DNA from: an uncultured Alphaproteobacteria bacterium
GTDB lineage: Bacteria; Pseudomonadota; Alphaproteobacteria; ATCC43930; CGMCC-115725
Direction of reading: 5' to 3'
Assembly (NCBI GenBank): GCA_963838385.1
Contig: CAWIRE010000006.1
Span: 556,796-620,795 of the forward strand
DNA length: 64,000 nucleotides
Shown here one piece after another: positions 15,091 to 22,784 of this stretch. Both the position numbers and the translations under genes were made by a program. The stretch's first letter is position 1. Each line of letters begins with the position of its first letter. The notes under the pieces were generated by a model. The model was not told where the DNA came from. It made no database searches and saw nothing but the letters and a program-made list of their open reading frames with translations.

Positions 15091-15314
15091 GTCGTGGCCT
15101 TTGAAAACTCTGCCCAGCACTCAACTTTATGATGAATTTTGTCCTTTGGAAATGGCGATGCTCGATGTAGTATGGGTTTCGTGCGAAAGTACCAATATCT
15201 TGTGCGAGCGTTATTCGGTCGACCGCCTGCCTGGGCCGGTGGTCGACCGGGCCGACGAGAACATTGGGCGAACCCTGCGCAGTGGAATTCGCTCCGCAGA
15301 GCGATCGGAGGAAT

Positions 15315-16460
15315 GTGGTGGCGAACGTAAACAGGCTTCTCCACGGCGCCGAGCGCGGCGTCGATCTGCTGTCCCAGCTCGACCCGCTGCCGCAGGAGCG
15401 CGCCGAGCTGAAGGCGGCCAAAAAAAAGATACGCGATCATCTACGCAAGACCTTCGCGGCGGCTGGTCGCCAAGCGCTCGGGCACGCCCTCGTGCCCCAC
15501 TTTTTCACGCAGGGCAGCGACGCCTACAAGACCCTCAATCGGCTCCCGCGCATGCCGCCGCAGCAGATGGATTTCGACGACGGTCTGTACGTGCCGATGT
15601 CCTTCGTGCAGCGGGCTCGGCCGTCCGTGGCCGCGAAGGCGCTGTTCAAGTTCGTCGATGCGGCTCTCCTGGCGCTGGCGAAGCAGGAGAGGTGGGGCTT
15701 CGACGATGGTAAGCCGACCTGCGTGCGCCTCGTGATTTCCGCCAAGGCCCATATCGACATCCCCCTCTACGCCATCCCGGACGACGAGTTCAAGGTAATG
15801 GCGAAGGCTGTCCAGGATCGTGCCATGATGGTTGCGGATTTGGCGGTCGATATCGACCAAGACACCTGGGAGAGCCTGGACACTGACAGGGTCCTTCTGG
15901 CCCACCGCGACGAAGACTGGAAGCCTTCGGATCCTCGCAAGATCCACATCTGGTTCAGGGACGCCGTCGCGCTCTATGGCGAGCAGATCAGGCGCCAGTG
16001 CCGCTACCTCAAGGCGTGGCGCGACCACCATGACCTGAAAAACGTCTGCTCGCTGCTGATCATGGTGTGCGTCTGGAAGGTCTACGAGGAGATCGGCAGG
16101 CGCAACATGCCGACGCGCGATGACCTCGCCCTCGCGAAGATCGCATCCAGGCTCCCCCGCCTTATCCGCCGAGAGGTCGAGAATCCCACCGATCCGGAAG
16201 AGAAGCTGGATGCGCGGATGTCAGCCGACGACCGGCACGCAGCCGTGGCCAAGGCTGCCGAACTGGCCGACCACATCGACAGCATCGTCGAGCACTGCTA
16301 CAGCGCCGACGGTGCGATCCAGATCCTCCAGAACGCTTTCGGCGGCCGGATCGCGCACCGCCCCGACCTTGTCGTTATAGAGCAGCCCGCCAAGGAGGTG
16401 CTGACGAAGGCACCGGCTTATGTGGCGGCGCCGGAGGTGGGCCGTTCCCGGAGCGGATGA
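15315..16460 (+). CDS. CBASS cGAS/DncV-like nucleotidyltransferase (CD-NTase)
   Basis: FFTQGSDAYKT ... MDFDDGLYVP (G-S ... D-x-D) plus HIDIPLYAIP (third acidic strand). GGAGGAA precedes GTG 15315/15318. The TTG 15264 extension in the track is unlikely. Confidence 0.8.
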   Translation: MVANVNRLLHGAERGVDLLSQLDPLPQERAELKAAKKKIRDHLRKTFAAAGRQALGHALVPHFFTQGSDAYKTLNRLPRMPPQQMDFDDGLYVPMSFVQRARPSVAAKALFKFVDAALLALAKQERWGFDDGKPTCVRLVISAKAHIDIPLYAIPDDEFKVMAKAVQDRAMMVADLAVDIDQDTWESLDTDRVLLAHRDEDWKPSDPRKIHIWFRDAVALYGEQIRRQCRYLKAWRDHHDLKNVCSLLIMVCVWKVYEEIGRRNMPTRDDLALAKIASRLPRLIRREVENPTDPEEKLDARMSADDRHAAVAKAAELADHIDSIVEHCYSADGAIQILQNAFGGRIAHRPDLVVIEQPAKEVLTKAPAYVAAPEVGRSRSG

Positions 16461-18132
16461 CAGAGCCGAAGCCCTTCAGCAGATCAGCGAAGCTCTCGCG
16501 CAGCGCGGGTTCAGGAGGGATTGGAGTAGGCCGAGCCTATTGCTCTGGCGTGGCGAGTTCGCCATCTCCCGCAAGAGCTATCCAATATCAGTGAATGTGG
16601 TCGATTTGGATTTCGTGCGGCTGCCCGAGATCACGATCGACGACCTGACCGTCTTGCCGCTAACGCCGCTGACCCATCTCTTCGAAGGGGACGGCATCTG
16701 CTACTTGGACCGCACCAGCGCCGTGCTCGACAGGTACGACCCGGCCGGGACGGTGCTTCGCTGCCTCGACCGAGCACAGCGGGTGCTTTCCGCGTCCGTC
16801 AGCGGCGCATCCGACCAGGATTTCGCCGAAGAGTTTGGCGCATACTGGAAAGAAACCGTCTACGTCGACCTGCCGCCCGATTTCCGCCCGAAGCGGGCAC
16901 AGCTCTATTGGCTATCGCTCCGGGAGGAGAAGCCTGAACTCGGCATCGGAGTGATAGCGCAGAGGGACCAACTCGCGGAGGCGCTTCTGATCCGGCACCG
17001 AAAGATCTCGGGAAGGAAGACGCCCGAGTCGCAGCCGTGCGCAGTTGCGCGCGTCGAAGCGCACCTCACAGTCCATCCAGGCGATTGGCCACTATCGAAC
17101 CTGGCCGTCTATGTCAGGTGGCTAGCTCACTTCGTTCCGAACGCCGAGGAGATGGTGTGGGATGCTCTCGCGCTCGACGGGGAGAGGAAGGTGCTCGCGC
17201 TGCGCGCCGCCAATGGCTGCTTCGTGGCAGAGTTCGAGATCCCGCCTATGTTCCGCAAGCCCGAATTCAAAAGCCGGAAGGGCTCCTTGCCCCAGATCTT
17301 GATGGCGGCGGCTGAAAATGTGCCTGTGCGCCGGATGTCGGGGTACCGCATCGACGGTGAGTACGTCTACGGGCGCAACATGCACGGAATTAAGAACCTA
17401 TCGGCCAAGAAAGTCGCCATCGTCGGGTGCGGCACCATCGGGGGATTCCTCGCGCATGCGCTCGCGCAGAGCGGCGCCGGGACAGGAAAGGGCGAGCTGC
17501 ATCTTTTCGACATCGACGCCCTGAAACCATCCAACCTTGGCCGACATGTCCTCGGCGTTCCGCAACTCGGGAAGCCGAAGGCGGAAGGCATGCGATCGTT
17601 CCTCGACGAGCAGCTTCCGCACATCGACATCCGCGCCCACATTGGCAGCGCGCTCGACCACAAGGAGATGCTGCTCGGCTGTGATTTGGTCATCGACGCC
17701 ACCGGCGAGGAGGCGCTGTCGCTCGCGCTGAACCACCACTTCGTCGCGAGCCGCCCGAAGTCGCCCCCCATCCTGTTCGTCTGGCTGGTCGGCAATGGCG
17801 CGGCTGCGGAGGCGATCATGTGCATCGAGTCTGGCCTCGCATGTCTGAAGTGCCTAAAGCCAGAGCTTGCCGGGAATCCTAGGTTCCGGGTCTTGAGGGA
17901 GGAGGCGGTCGTCGAGCGGGACCTCGCATGCGGTGACGCCACCTATATCCCATTCCCGGTCTCTCGGTCGATGCAGGCGGCTGCCCTCGCCGCCGATATG
18001 GCTATCGACTGGGCCAACGGTCGGCCGAGGCCGTACTTCCGGACGCGCACGTTCGACGAGCGGCGGGCGTTCCACGTCAAGGACCAGAGCCCGCAGCCGT
18101 CGCCGCGGTGCCCCGCGTGCCAGGCGGGATGA
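16420..18132 (+). CDS. cap2: CBASS Cap2 (E2-like N-terminal region fused to a ThiF/E1 domain)
   Basis: E1 Rossmann motif KKVAIVGCGTIGGFLAHALAQSG and DIDALKPSNLGRHVLG. Cys pairs CLKCLK and CPAC. The ATG overlaps the CD-NTase 3' end by 41 nt. Confidence 0.8.
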   Translation: MWRRRRWAVPGADDRAEALQQISEALAQRGFRRDWSRPSLLLWRGEFAISRKSYPISVNVVDLDFVRLPEITIDDLTVLPLTPLTHLFEGDGICYLDRTSAVLDRYDPAGTVLRCLDRAQRVLSASVSGASDQDFAEEFGAYWKETVYVDLPPDFRPKRAQLYWLSLREEKPELGIGVIAQRDQLAEALLIRHRKISGRKTPESQPCAVARVEAHLTVHPGDWPLSNLAVYVRWLAHFVPNAEEMVWDALALDGERKVLALRAANGCFVAEFEIPPMFRKPEFKSRKGSLPQILMAAAENVPVRRMSGYRIDGEYVYGRNMHGIKNLSAKKVAIVGCGTIGGFLAHALAQSGAGTGKGELHLFDIDALKPSNLGRHVLGVPQLGKPKAEGMRSFLDEQLPHIDIRAHIGSALDHKEMLLGCDLVIDATGEEALSLALNHHFVASRPKSPPILFVWLVGNGAAAEAIMCIESGLACLKCLKPELAGNPRFRVLREEAVVERDLACGDATYIPFPVSRSMQAAALAADMAIDWANGRPRPYFRTRTFDERRAFHVKDQSPQPSPRCPACQAG

Positions 18133-18641
18133 TTTTCCGGGCCGACAAAGAAGAGCTTTTCGTAGTGGTCCCGGCGGAGGTTGTCCGCACGATCGAAAGC
18201 TATGCTGGGGACAAGACGGAAGCAGGGGGCATCCTGCTCGGCCGGTATCGGCCGCCGCACATCGAAATCGTCGGGTGCTCAGAGCCGATGACCGCTGATG
18301 TCCGCAGCTTCTCGAGCTTTGACCGCCGCGATCCTGGGCACCACCTTCATGCCCTCAGCTGCTGGAGACGGAGCCAAGGCACGACTACCTTCGTTGGCGA
18401 ATGGCACACCCATCCCGAAGAGCGCCCATCGCCATCCCTTGTCGATCTTCAAGCTTGGGAGGAAGCCCTGAAAAACGCGGGTGCTCTGCCTATGGCTTTC
18501 ATCATCCGCGGCTATAGGTGCTGGTGGTTCGGTCTAGGGCGGCACAGGCACCGGTCCATTCGCCTCACAGCGATTCCGTCCTCCTCGTTCGACCACGAGC
18601 GAGAGGAAGGCGGGTCCGAATGCGCTAAGTGGGATACGTAA
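18129..18641 (+). CDS. cap3: CBASS Cap3 (JAB/JAMM isopeptidase)
   Basis: JAMM motif EAGGILLG ... EWHTHPEERPSPSLVDL. ATGA overlap with the cap2 stop. Confidence 0.8.
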   Translation: MIFRADKEELFVVVPAEVVRTIESYAGDKTEAGGILLGRYRPPHIEIVGCSEPMTADVRSFSSFDRRDPGHHLHALSCWRRSQGTTTFVGEWHTHPEERPSPSLVDLQAWEEALKNAGALPMAFIIRGYRCWWFGLGRHRHRSIRLTAIPSSSFDHEREEGGSECAKWDT

Positions 18642-18709
18642 CGTCCCGCCGATATTGGCGCTCACACGTATGGGAAGGAGAACGTCCCCAGATATTGGCG
18701 ACGTTACAC

Positions 18710-18738
18710 TTGACATACCAAAGCGCCAGATGTAGATT
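18710..18738 (+). promoter_or_regulatory. Sigma70-like promoter TTGACA-17 nt-TAGATT upstream of the IS1595 transposase
   Basis: TTGACA 18710-18715, 17-nt spacer, TAGATT 18733-18738, then AAGGAG RBS and ATG 18760. Confidence 0.45.
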
Positions 18739-18759
18739 ATTGGCCAAGGAGATAGAGCC

Positions 18760-19716
18760 ATGGCCAAGTCCGTTCTTTCCGCCCCTCACTTCCAAGACGA
18801 AGACGCCGCCTTTGCCTACGTCGAGGCGCACCTGTGGCCGAACGGCCCGGTATGCCCGTTCTGCGGCGAGACTGAGCGGGTAGGGCGCCTCAACGGGAAG
18901 ACCACCCGGCCTGGCCTCCGCAAGTGCTACGCCTGCCGGAAACCCTTTACCGTGCGGATGGGGACCATCTTCGAGTCCTCGCACCTTGCGCTCCGGTACT
19001 GGCTTCAGGCGATCCATCTCATGTGCGCGAGCAAGAAGGGGGTCAGCACCCGGCAAATCCAGCGGATGCTTCAATGCAGCATGAAGACTGCGTGGCACCT
19101 GACCCACCGTATCCGGCTGGCCATGGACCCCGGCACCGATGCTGGCCCGATCGGCGGCGAGGGGAAGATTGTCGAAGCTGACGAAAGCTTCCTGTCCAAT
19201 TCGCCGCGCACCCGGAAGCGGCCCGGCTACCAGCACAAGATCGCCGTGCTGGGTCTGGTGGAGCGCGGTGGCCCGCATCGGACCATCGTGCTCGACAACC
19301 CGCCGAGCAAGATGGAAATCGTGCCACACCTGATGCGCCACGTTCACCCGGAAAGCACCCTGCATACCGATGGCGCGCAGTACTACAAGTTCACCTTGGC
19401 CGTGGCCGCGCATGAGAGCGTGGACCACTCCAAGCACGAATACGCGCGCAAAGGCGAGCGCGGCACCGTCCACGTCAACACCCTCGAAGGCTTCTTTAGC
19501 GTCTTCAAGCGCGGGATGATCGGCATCTACCAGCACGTCGAAATGCAGCACCTGCATCGGTATACCGCCGAATTCGATTTCCGACAGAACACCCGCGAGC
19601 GGCTTGGGATCGACGACGCGGAGCGGGCGCAGATCGCGTTGCGAGGGATGAAGGGCAAGCGCCTGACTTACGAAACGACTCGTGGAGTGGGGCAGGAAGA
19701 ACCGATCCCGTTCTAG
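18760..19716 (+). CDS. IS1595-family transposase (N-terminal zinc ribbon plus DDE domain)
   Basis: HFQDEDAAFAYVEAHLWPNGPVCPFCGETERVGRLNGKTTRPGLRKCYACRKPFTVRMGTIFESSHLALRYWLQAIHLM is the characteristic IS1595 N-terminus. Element ends not determined. Confidence 0.85.
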   Translation: MAKSVLSAPHFQDEDAAFAYVEAHLWPNGPVCPFCGETERVGRLNGKTTRPGLRKCYACRKPFTVRMGTIFESSHLALRYWLQAIHLMCASKKGVSTRQIQRMLQCSMKTAWHLTHRIRLAMDPGTDAGPIGGEGKIVEADESFLSNSPRTRKRPGYQHKIAVLGLVERGGPHRTIVLDNPPSKMEIVPHLMRHVHPESTLHTDGAQYYKFTLAVAAHESVDHSKHEYARKGERGTVHVNTLEGFFSVFKRGMIGIYQHVEMQHLHRYTAEFDFRQNTRERLGIDDAERAQIALRGMKGKRLTYETTRGVGQEEPIPF

Positions 19717-19779
19717 GCTCTGGCGTATCCTTCGCGTCTTGGGAATCGAATAGCGGGCGCTTGCATGGTATGATGCCCC

Positions 19780-19947
19780 ATGCCACGCAAGCCCGCGTCG
19801 AAGCCTGACAAGACCCGCGACCCCGAGGAATACAAACGGTTCCTCGAAACCGCGCGCGAAGTCGGAGCCGAGGAAGACCCAAAAGCGTTTGATCGCGCAT
19901 TCAAGAAGATTACGCGCCGCCCGAAGCATGGCGAAGCCAGTAAATAG
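19780..19947 (+). CDS. Small hypothetical protein (55 aa; below the ORF-track cutoff)
   Basis: Hand translation: MPRKPASKPDKTRDPEEYKRFLETAREVGAEEDPKAFDRAFKKITRRPKHGEASK*. Charged, helical-looking. No family recognised. Confidence 0.3.
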   Translation: MPRKPASKPDKTRDPEEYKRFLETAREVGAEEDPKAFDRAFKKITRRPKHGEASK

Positions 19948-20206
19948 CGACGCCTCTAAGCCGTTCCAGCTTCGCCCCGGATTCCGCTATTGGGCCGTGC
20001 GTTGTCATTCATGCGGATCGGCTATTCCGATCGGAACCGCCAAGCCCAACAAAGAACCGCTTACCTCAGAGGCGCCACCAGACATTCGCCTCCGGATCGC
20101 CTGTGCAAATGGGGGCTGTCGGAGCGAGGACACCTATCAACCAGAAGAAATCGTCCAATTCCTTTGGCCTGAATTGAGACCAGAGGCACCGTCTCGCCAG
20201 CCTTAG
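19928..20206 (+). CDS. Small hypothetical zinc-ribbon-like protein (92 aa)
   Basis: MAKPVNSD...RYWAVRCHSCGSAIPIG...IRLRIACANGGCRSEDTY carries CxxC ... CxxxxC. Overlaps the previous small ORF by 20 nt and the 3' end of the convergent DUF3800 ORF by 146 nt, so at least one of these calls is too long. Confidence 0.3.
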   Translation: MAKPVNSDASKPFQLRPGFRYWAVRCHSCGSAIPIGTAKPNKEPLTSEAPPDIRLRIACANGGCRSEDTYQPEEIVQFLWPELRPEAPSRQP

Positions 20207-21002
20207 CCTTTTTGAGAGAGTGCCGGTTGAACGCGTCATAGATGACGTCTCTGTTCTGTGATGCCCTAGAAAATTCGTGCTCGGTCATCCGGCCAAGTTG
20301 CGCATTCCGGCGCTTATGATAGGTCAGGAAAGAAATCATTTTCTCCGCAACCCAATCATCTCGCGTAAATGGGACTCCCTCAAAAATTCCGTTTAGGAAT
20401 TGATCTGTTTCCAGATACGACTTGGAGTCGTCCAATATTCTGCGCCAGGTCCATGCGAACATGTCGGCTGCTTGAAGTGGGATGGTTTTCTTGTCGTCTA
20501 AATGAATTGGCCGCTGCCCGAAGCGCTCTTTGATTTCTGGCGACATGGCGGCATAGGTATCGCCCCAGATCGCTTGCAGATGATCGCTTTCTCGAAATTG
20601 CTCATCAAAGATGAAATCCATCAATTCGCAAACGTTGTGGTCAATTTGCCATTGAATAGCGAGATCGATCAGCGATGTGAGCCCCAGGAAATAGGGGCTG
20701 TCGAACCGGCGACTGATGCGCCCACGGATGATGGCGTTGTAGTCCGGCATGTAGAATGAAACCGCGATAACAGAAAACCCGTGTTTCCGGATGACCGCGC
20801 CCATATCGGCGATCCGCTGGAAATCACGAGCGGCGACGGCTTCGTTCATGTGGAAATAGTCGATGGCAGGCGGCTTAGCCAAGGCAACTCGCCAATCTTC
20901 CTCAAACACCGCCCATTGCTCGGCCCGGGCGATCTGCCCAGCCATGACGAATGTCCGCGGATCGCCTTTGCCGCTTTCGTCGGCGTAGACTTTAAGGACC
21001 AT
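20061..21002 (-). CDS. DUF3800-family protein
   Basis: N-terminal VYADESGKGD and later TIPLQAADMFAWTWRR match the DUF3800 pattern (ADESG ... LQ.AD..a). Markedly lower GC than surrounding genes (hand counts 30/60 at 20221-20280 and 27/60 at 20341-20400). Confidence 0.7.
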   Translation of the reverse strand: MVLKVYADESGKGDPRTFVMAGQIARAEQWAVFEEDWRVALAKPPAIDYFHMNEAVAARDFQRIADMGAVIRKHGFSVIAVSFYMPDYNAIIRGRISRRFDSPYFLGLTSLIDLAIQWQIDHNVCELMDFIFDEQFRESDHLQAIWGDTYAAMSPEIKERFGQRPIHLDDKKTIPLQAADMFAWTWRRILDDSKSYLETDQFLNGIFEGVPFTRDDWVAEKMISFLTYHKRRNAQLGRMTEHEFSRASQNRDVIYDAFNRHSLKKAKAGETVPLVSIQAKGIGRFLLVDRCPRSDSPHLHRRSGGECLVAPLR

Positions 21003-21360
21003 GATTAGCCGTTTCCGATCAGCATCCCCGGCTCCATAGCCCTAGCGCGGAAGGTCCGGTCGCGACGGGCAGCGCGGCGCCATTTAAGCGCCTCCGCAGC
21101 CATAGCCCTGGGGCCTGGGGACGCCAAGAGAAACGTCCCGCGGTTATTTCCCATAATATACATTATGCGCCTTAAGGATAACCAGCGGACGGCAGCTCCC
21201 CGGCCCGCGGCGGCGCGCCGGAGACAATTTCCGGGCCGGAATGTTGCGGCGGCTCAAGGGGTTCGGCCGCGCCCGGCGTTGCGTCGGATTTTCGCTAAGC
21301 TCTGCTTTACCTTCCAATGGTTTACTTGGCCGTCATGCTGCCGCGGAAGGATTGCCCCAG

Positions 21361-22701
21361 GTGCCCGGGGAAAGAATAAAGATCGACCAATCGGCCCTCG
21401 CCCGCCTCGCTGACGGCAATGCGCGGTTTCAACGGGGTCAGCGCGGAGCGCTGCGCCCGCAGCTCGCCTATCACGACCTGACCGGGCTCGACATGGCCGG
21501 CATGGACTTCTCCGGCGTCGATTTCAGCGGCGCCTCGCTCCACCGCATCAACGCCCGCGGCACTAATTTCACCAACGCCAATCTTTTCGGCACCGATATG
21601 CGCATGGCGCAGCTGCAGGGCGCCAATCTCTCCCGCGCCGATATCCGCGGCGCCTGCCTGCGCGGCGCGGATCTCTCCGAGGCCAAGATGTTCGAGGCCG
21701 ATCTGCGCGAAGGCACGCTGCTGCGCCAGGACAAGAAAGGCGGCCTCAGCCCGGTCGACCTCGAGGTGCTTCCGGTCGAGCTGGTGATCGCCAACATGAC
21801 CGGCGCCAACCTCACCCGCGCCAAGCTCGCCGGCGGCTTCGCCGTGCGCGCCGACCTCACCAATGCGGTGCTGCGCGGCGCCAATCTGACGCGCATCGAT
21901 CTGCGCAATGCCAATCTCACCGGCGCGGTGCTGGAGAATGCCGACCTGTCGCAAGCCAATCTCTCCGGCTGCTCGCTGCGCGGCGCGGTGATCACCGGCG
22001 TCCGCTGGCTCGGCGTCGTCATGGACGGCGCCGATATGCTGGGCGCGGTGCTCGACGAGCCCGCGCGCAGCGCCGCGCTGGGCGCGCTCAACGTGCCGCG
22101 CGGCCAGCAGACGATGCCGACGTCGATCGAGGATCTGGTGACGGCGCACGAAGCCTGGGTGCGCACCGTCGGCGACCAGGGCAAGCGGCTGCAGCTCTCC
22201 GGCGTTCATCTCGGCGCCGTCGATCTCTCCGGCCGGGATCTTTCCGGCGCCGTGCTGCTCAATTGCGTCCTGACCGGCGCGCGCTTCGTCCGCGCCAAGC
22301 TGATGGTCATCGACCTCACCCTCTCCACTCTCGATCACGCCGATTTCACCGGCGCCGACATGCGCGCGGCGGTGATGAAGCAGGCCTTCCTGTCGCGCGC
22401 CAATCTCAGCAACGTCAATCTCGACGCCGTGGTGATCGACAACGACGCCCAGCATTGCCGCCGCAGCACGCTCGATCAGTGCCGGCTGTGGAATGCGCAG
22501 CTGCGCAACGCCTCGCTGCGCGGCGCCTCGATGCTCAATGCCGATTTCCAGCGCGCCGACCTTACCGACGCCGATTTCACCGATGCGCGGCTGGCCGGCG
22601 CGAGCTTCGTCGGCGCCAGCAGCAACGGCGCGCGGTTCGACGGCGCCGATCTGCGCCACGTCCACGGGTTGACCCAGCCCGCCTCCGCCGCGACCTCCTG
22701 A
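21361..22701 (+). CDS. Pentapeptide-repeat protein (about 446 aa)
   Basis: Dozens of A(D/N)LxG-type pentapeptides (ANLFGTDMRMAQLQGANLSRADIRGACLRGADLSEAKMFEADL ...). Start set at GTG 21361 behind GGAAGGA. ATG 21241 would add an AT-rich leader that looks non-coding. Confidence 0.75.
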   Translation: MPGERIKIDQSALARLADGNARFQRGQRGALRPQLAYHDLTGLDMAGMDFSGVDFSGASLHRINARGTNFTNANLFGTDMRMAQLQGANLSRADIRGACLRGADLSEAKMFEADLREGTLLRQDKKGGLSPVDLEVLPVELVIANMTGANLTRAKLAGGFAVRADLTNAVLRGANLTRIDLRNANLTGAVLENADLSQANLSGCSLRGAVITGVRWLGVVMDGADMLGAVLDEPARSAALGALNVPRGQQTMPTSIEDLVTAHEAWVRTVGDQGKRLQLSGVHLGAVDLSGRDLSGAVLLNCVLTGARFVRAKLMVIDLTLSTLDHADFTGADMRAAVMKQAFLSRANLSNVNLDAVVIDNDAQHCRRSTLDQCRLWNAQLRNASLRGASMLNADFQRADLTDADFTDARLAGASFVGASSNGARFDGADLRHVHGLTQPASAATS

Positions 22702-22784
22702 GGCCGCGGCGCGCGGCCGCCGGCCGCCGCCGCCACCCGATTTGTTGTCTGGCCGCAGGCCGGCGCCCGTGCTAGCTCTCCCCC

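Noticed and set aside
18650-21131. The whole 2.5-kb segment as one IS1595-family transporter IS with DUF3800 as a passenger gene.
   Set aside because: The flanking AACGTCCCGC copies are suggestive. However, the sequences just inside them share only TTGGCG in inverted orientation, which is too weak to call terminal inverted repeats. It is kept as a low-interest finding only.
21241-21360. The upstream ATG start for the pentapeptide-repeat gene.
   Set aside because: The first 40 codons fall in a comparatively AT-rich stretch with no repeat structure, whereas GTG 21361 has a GGAAGGA RBS. The start remains uncertain.
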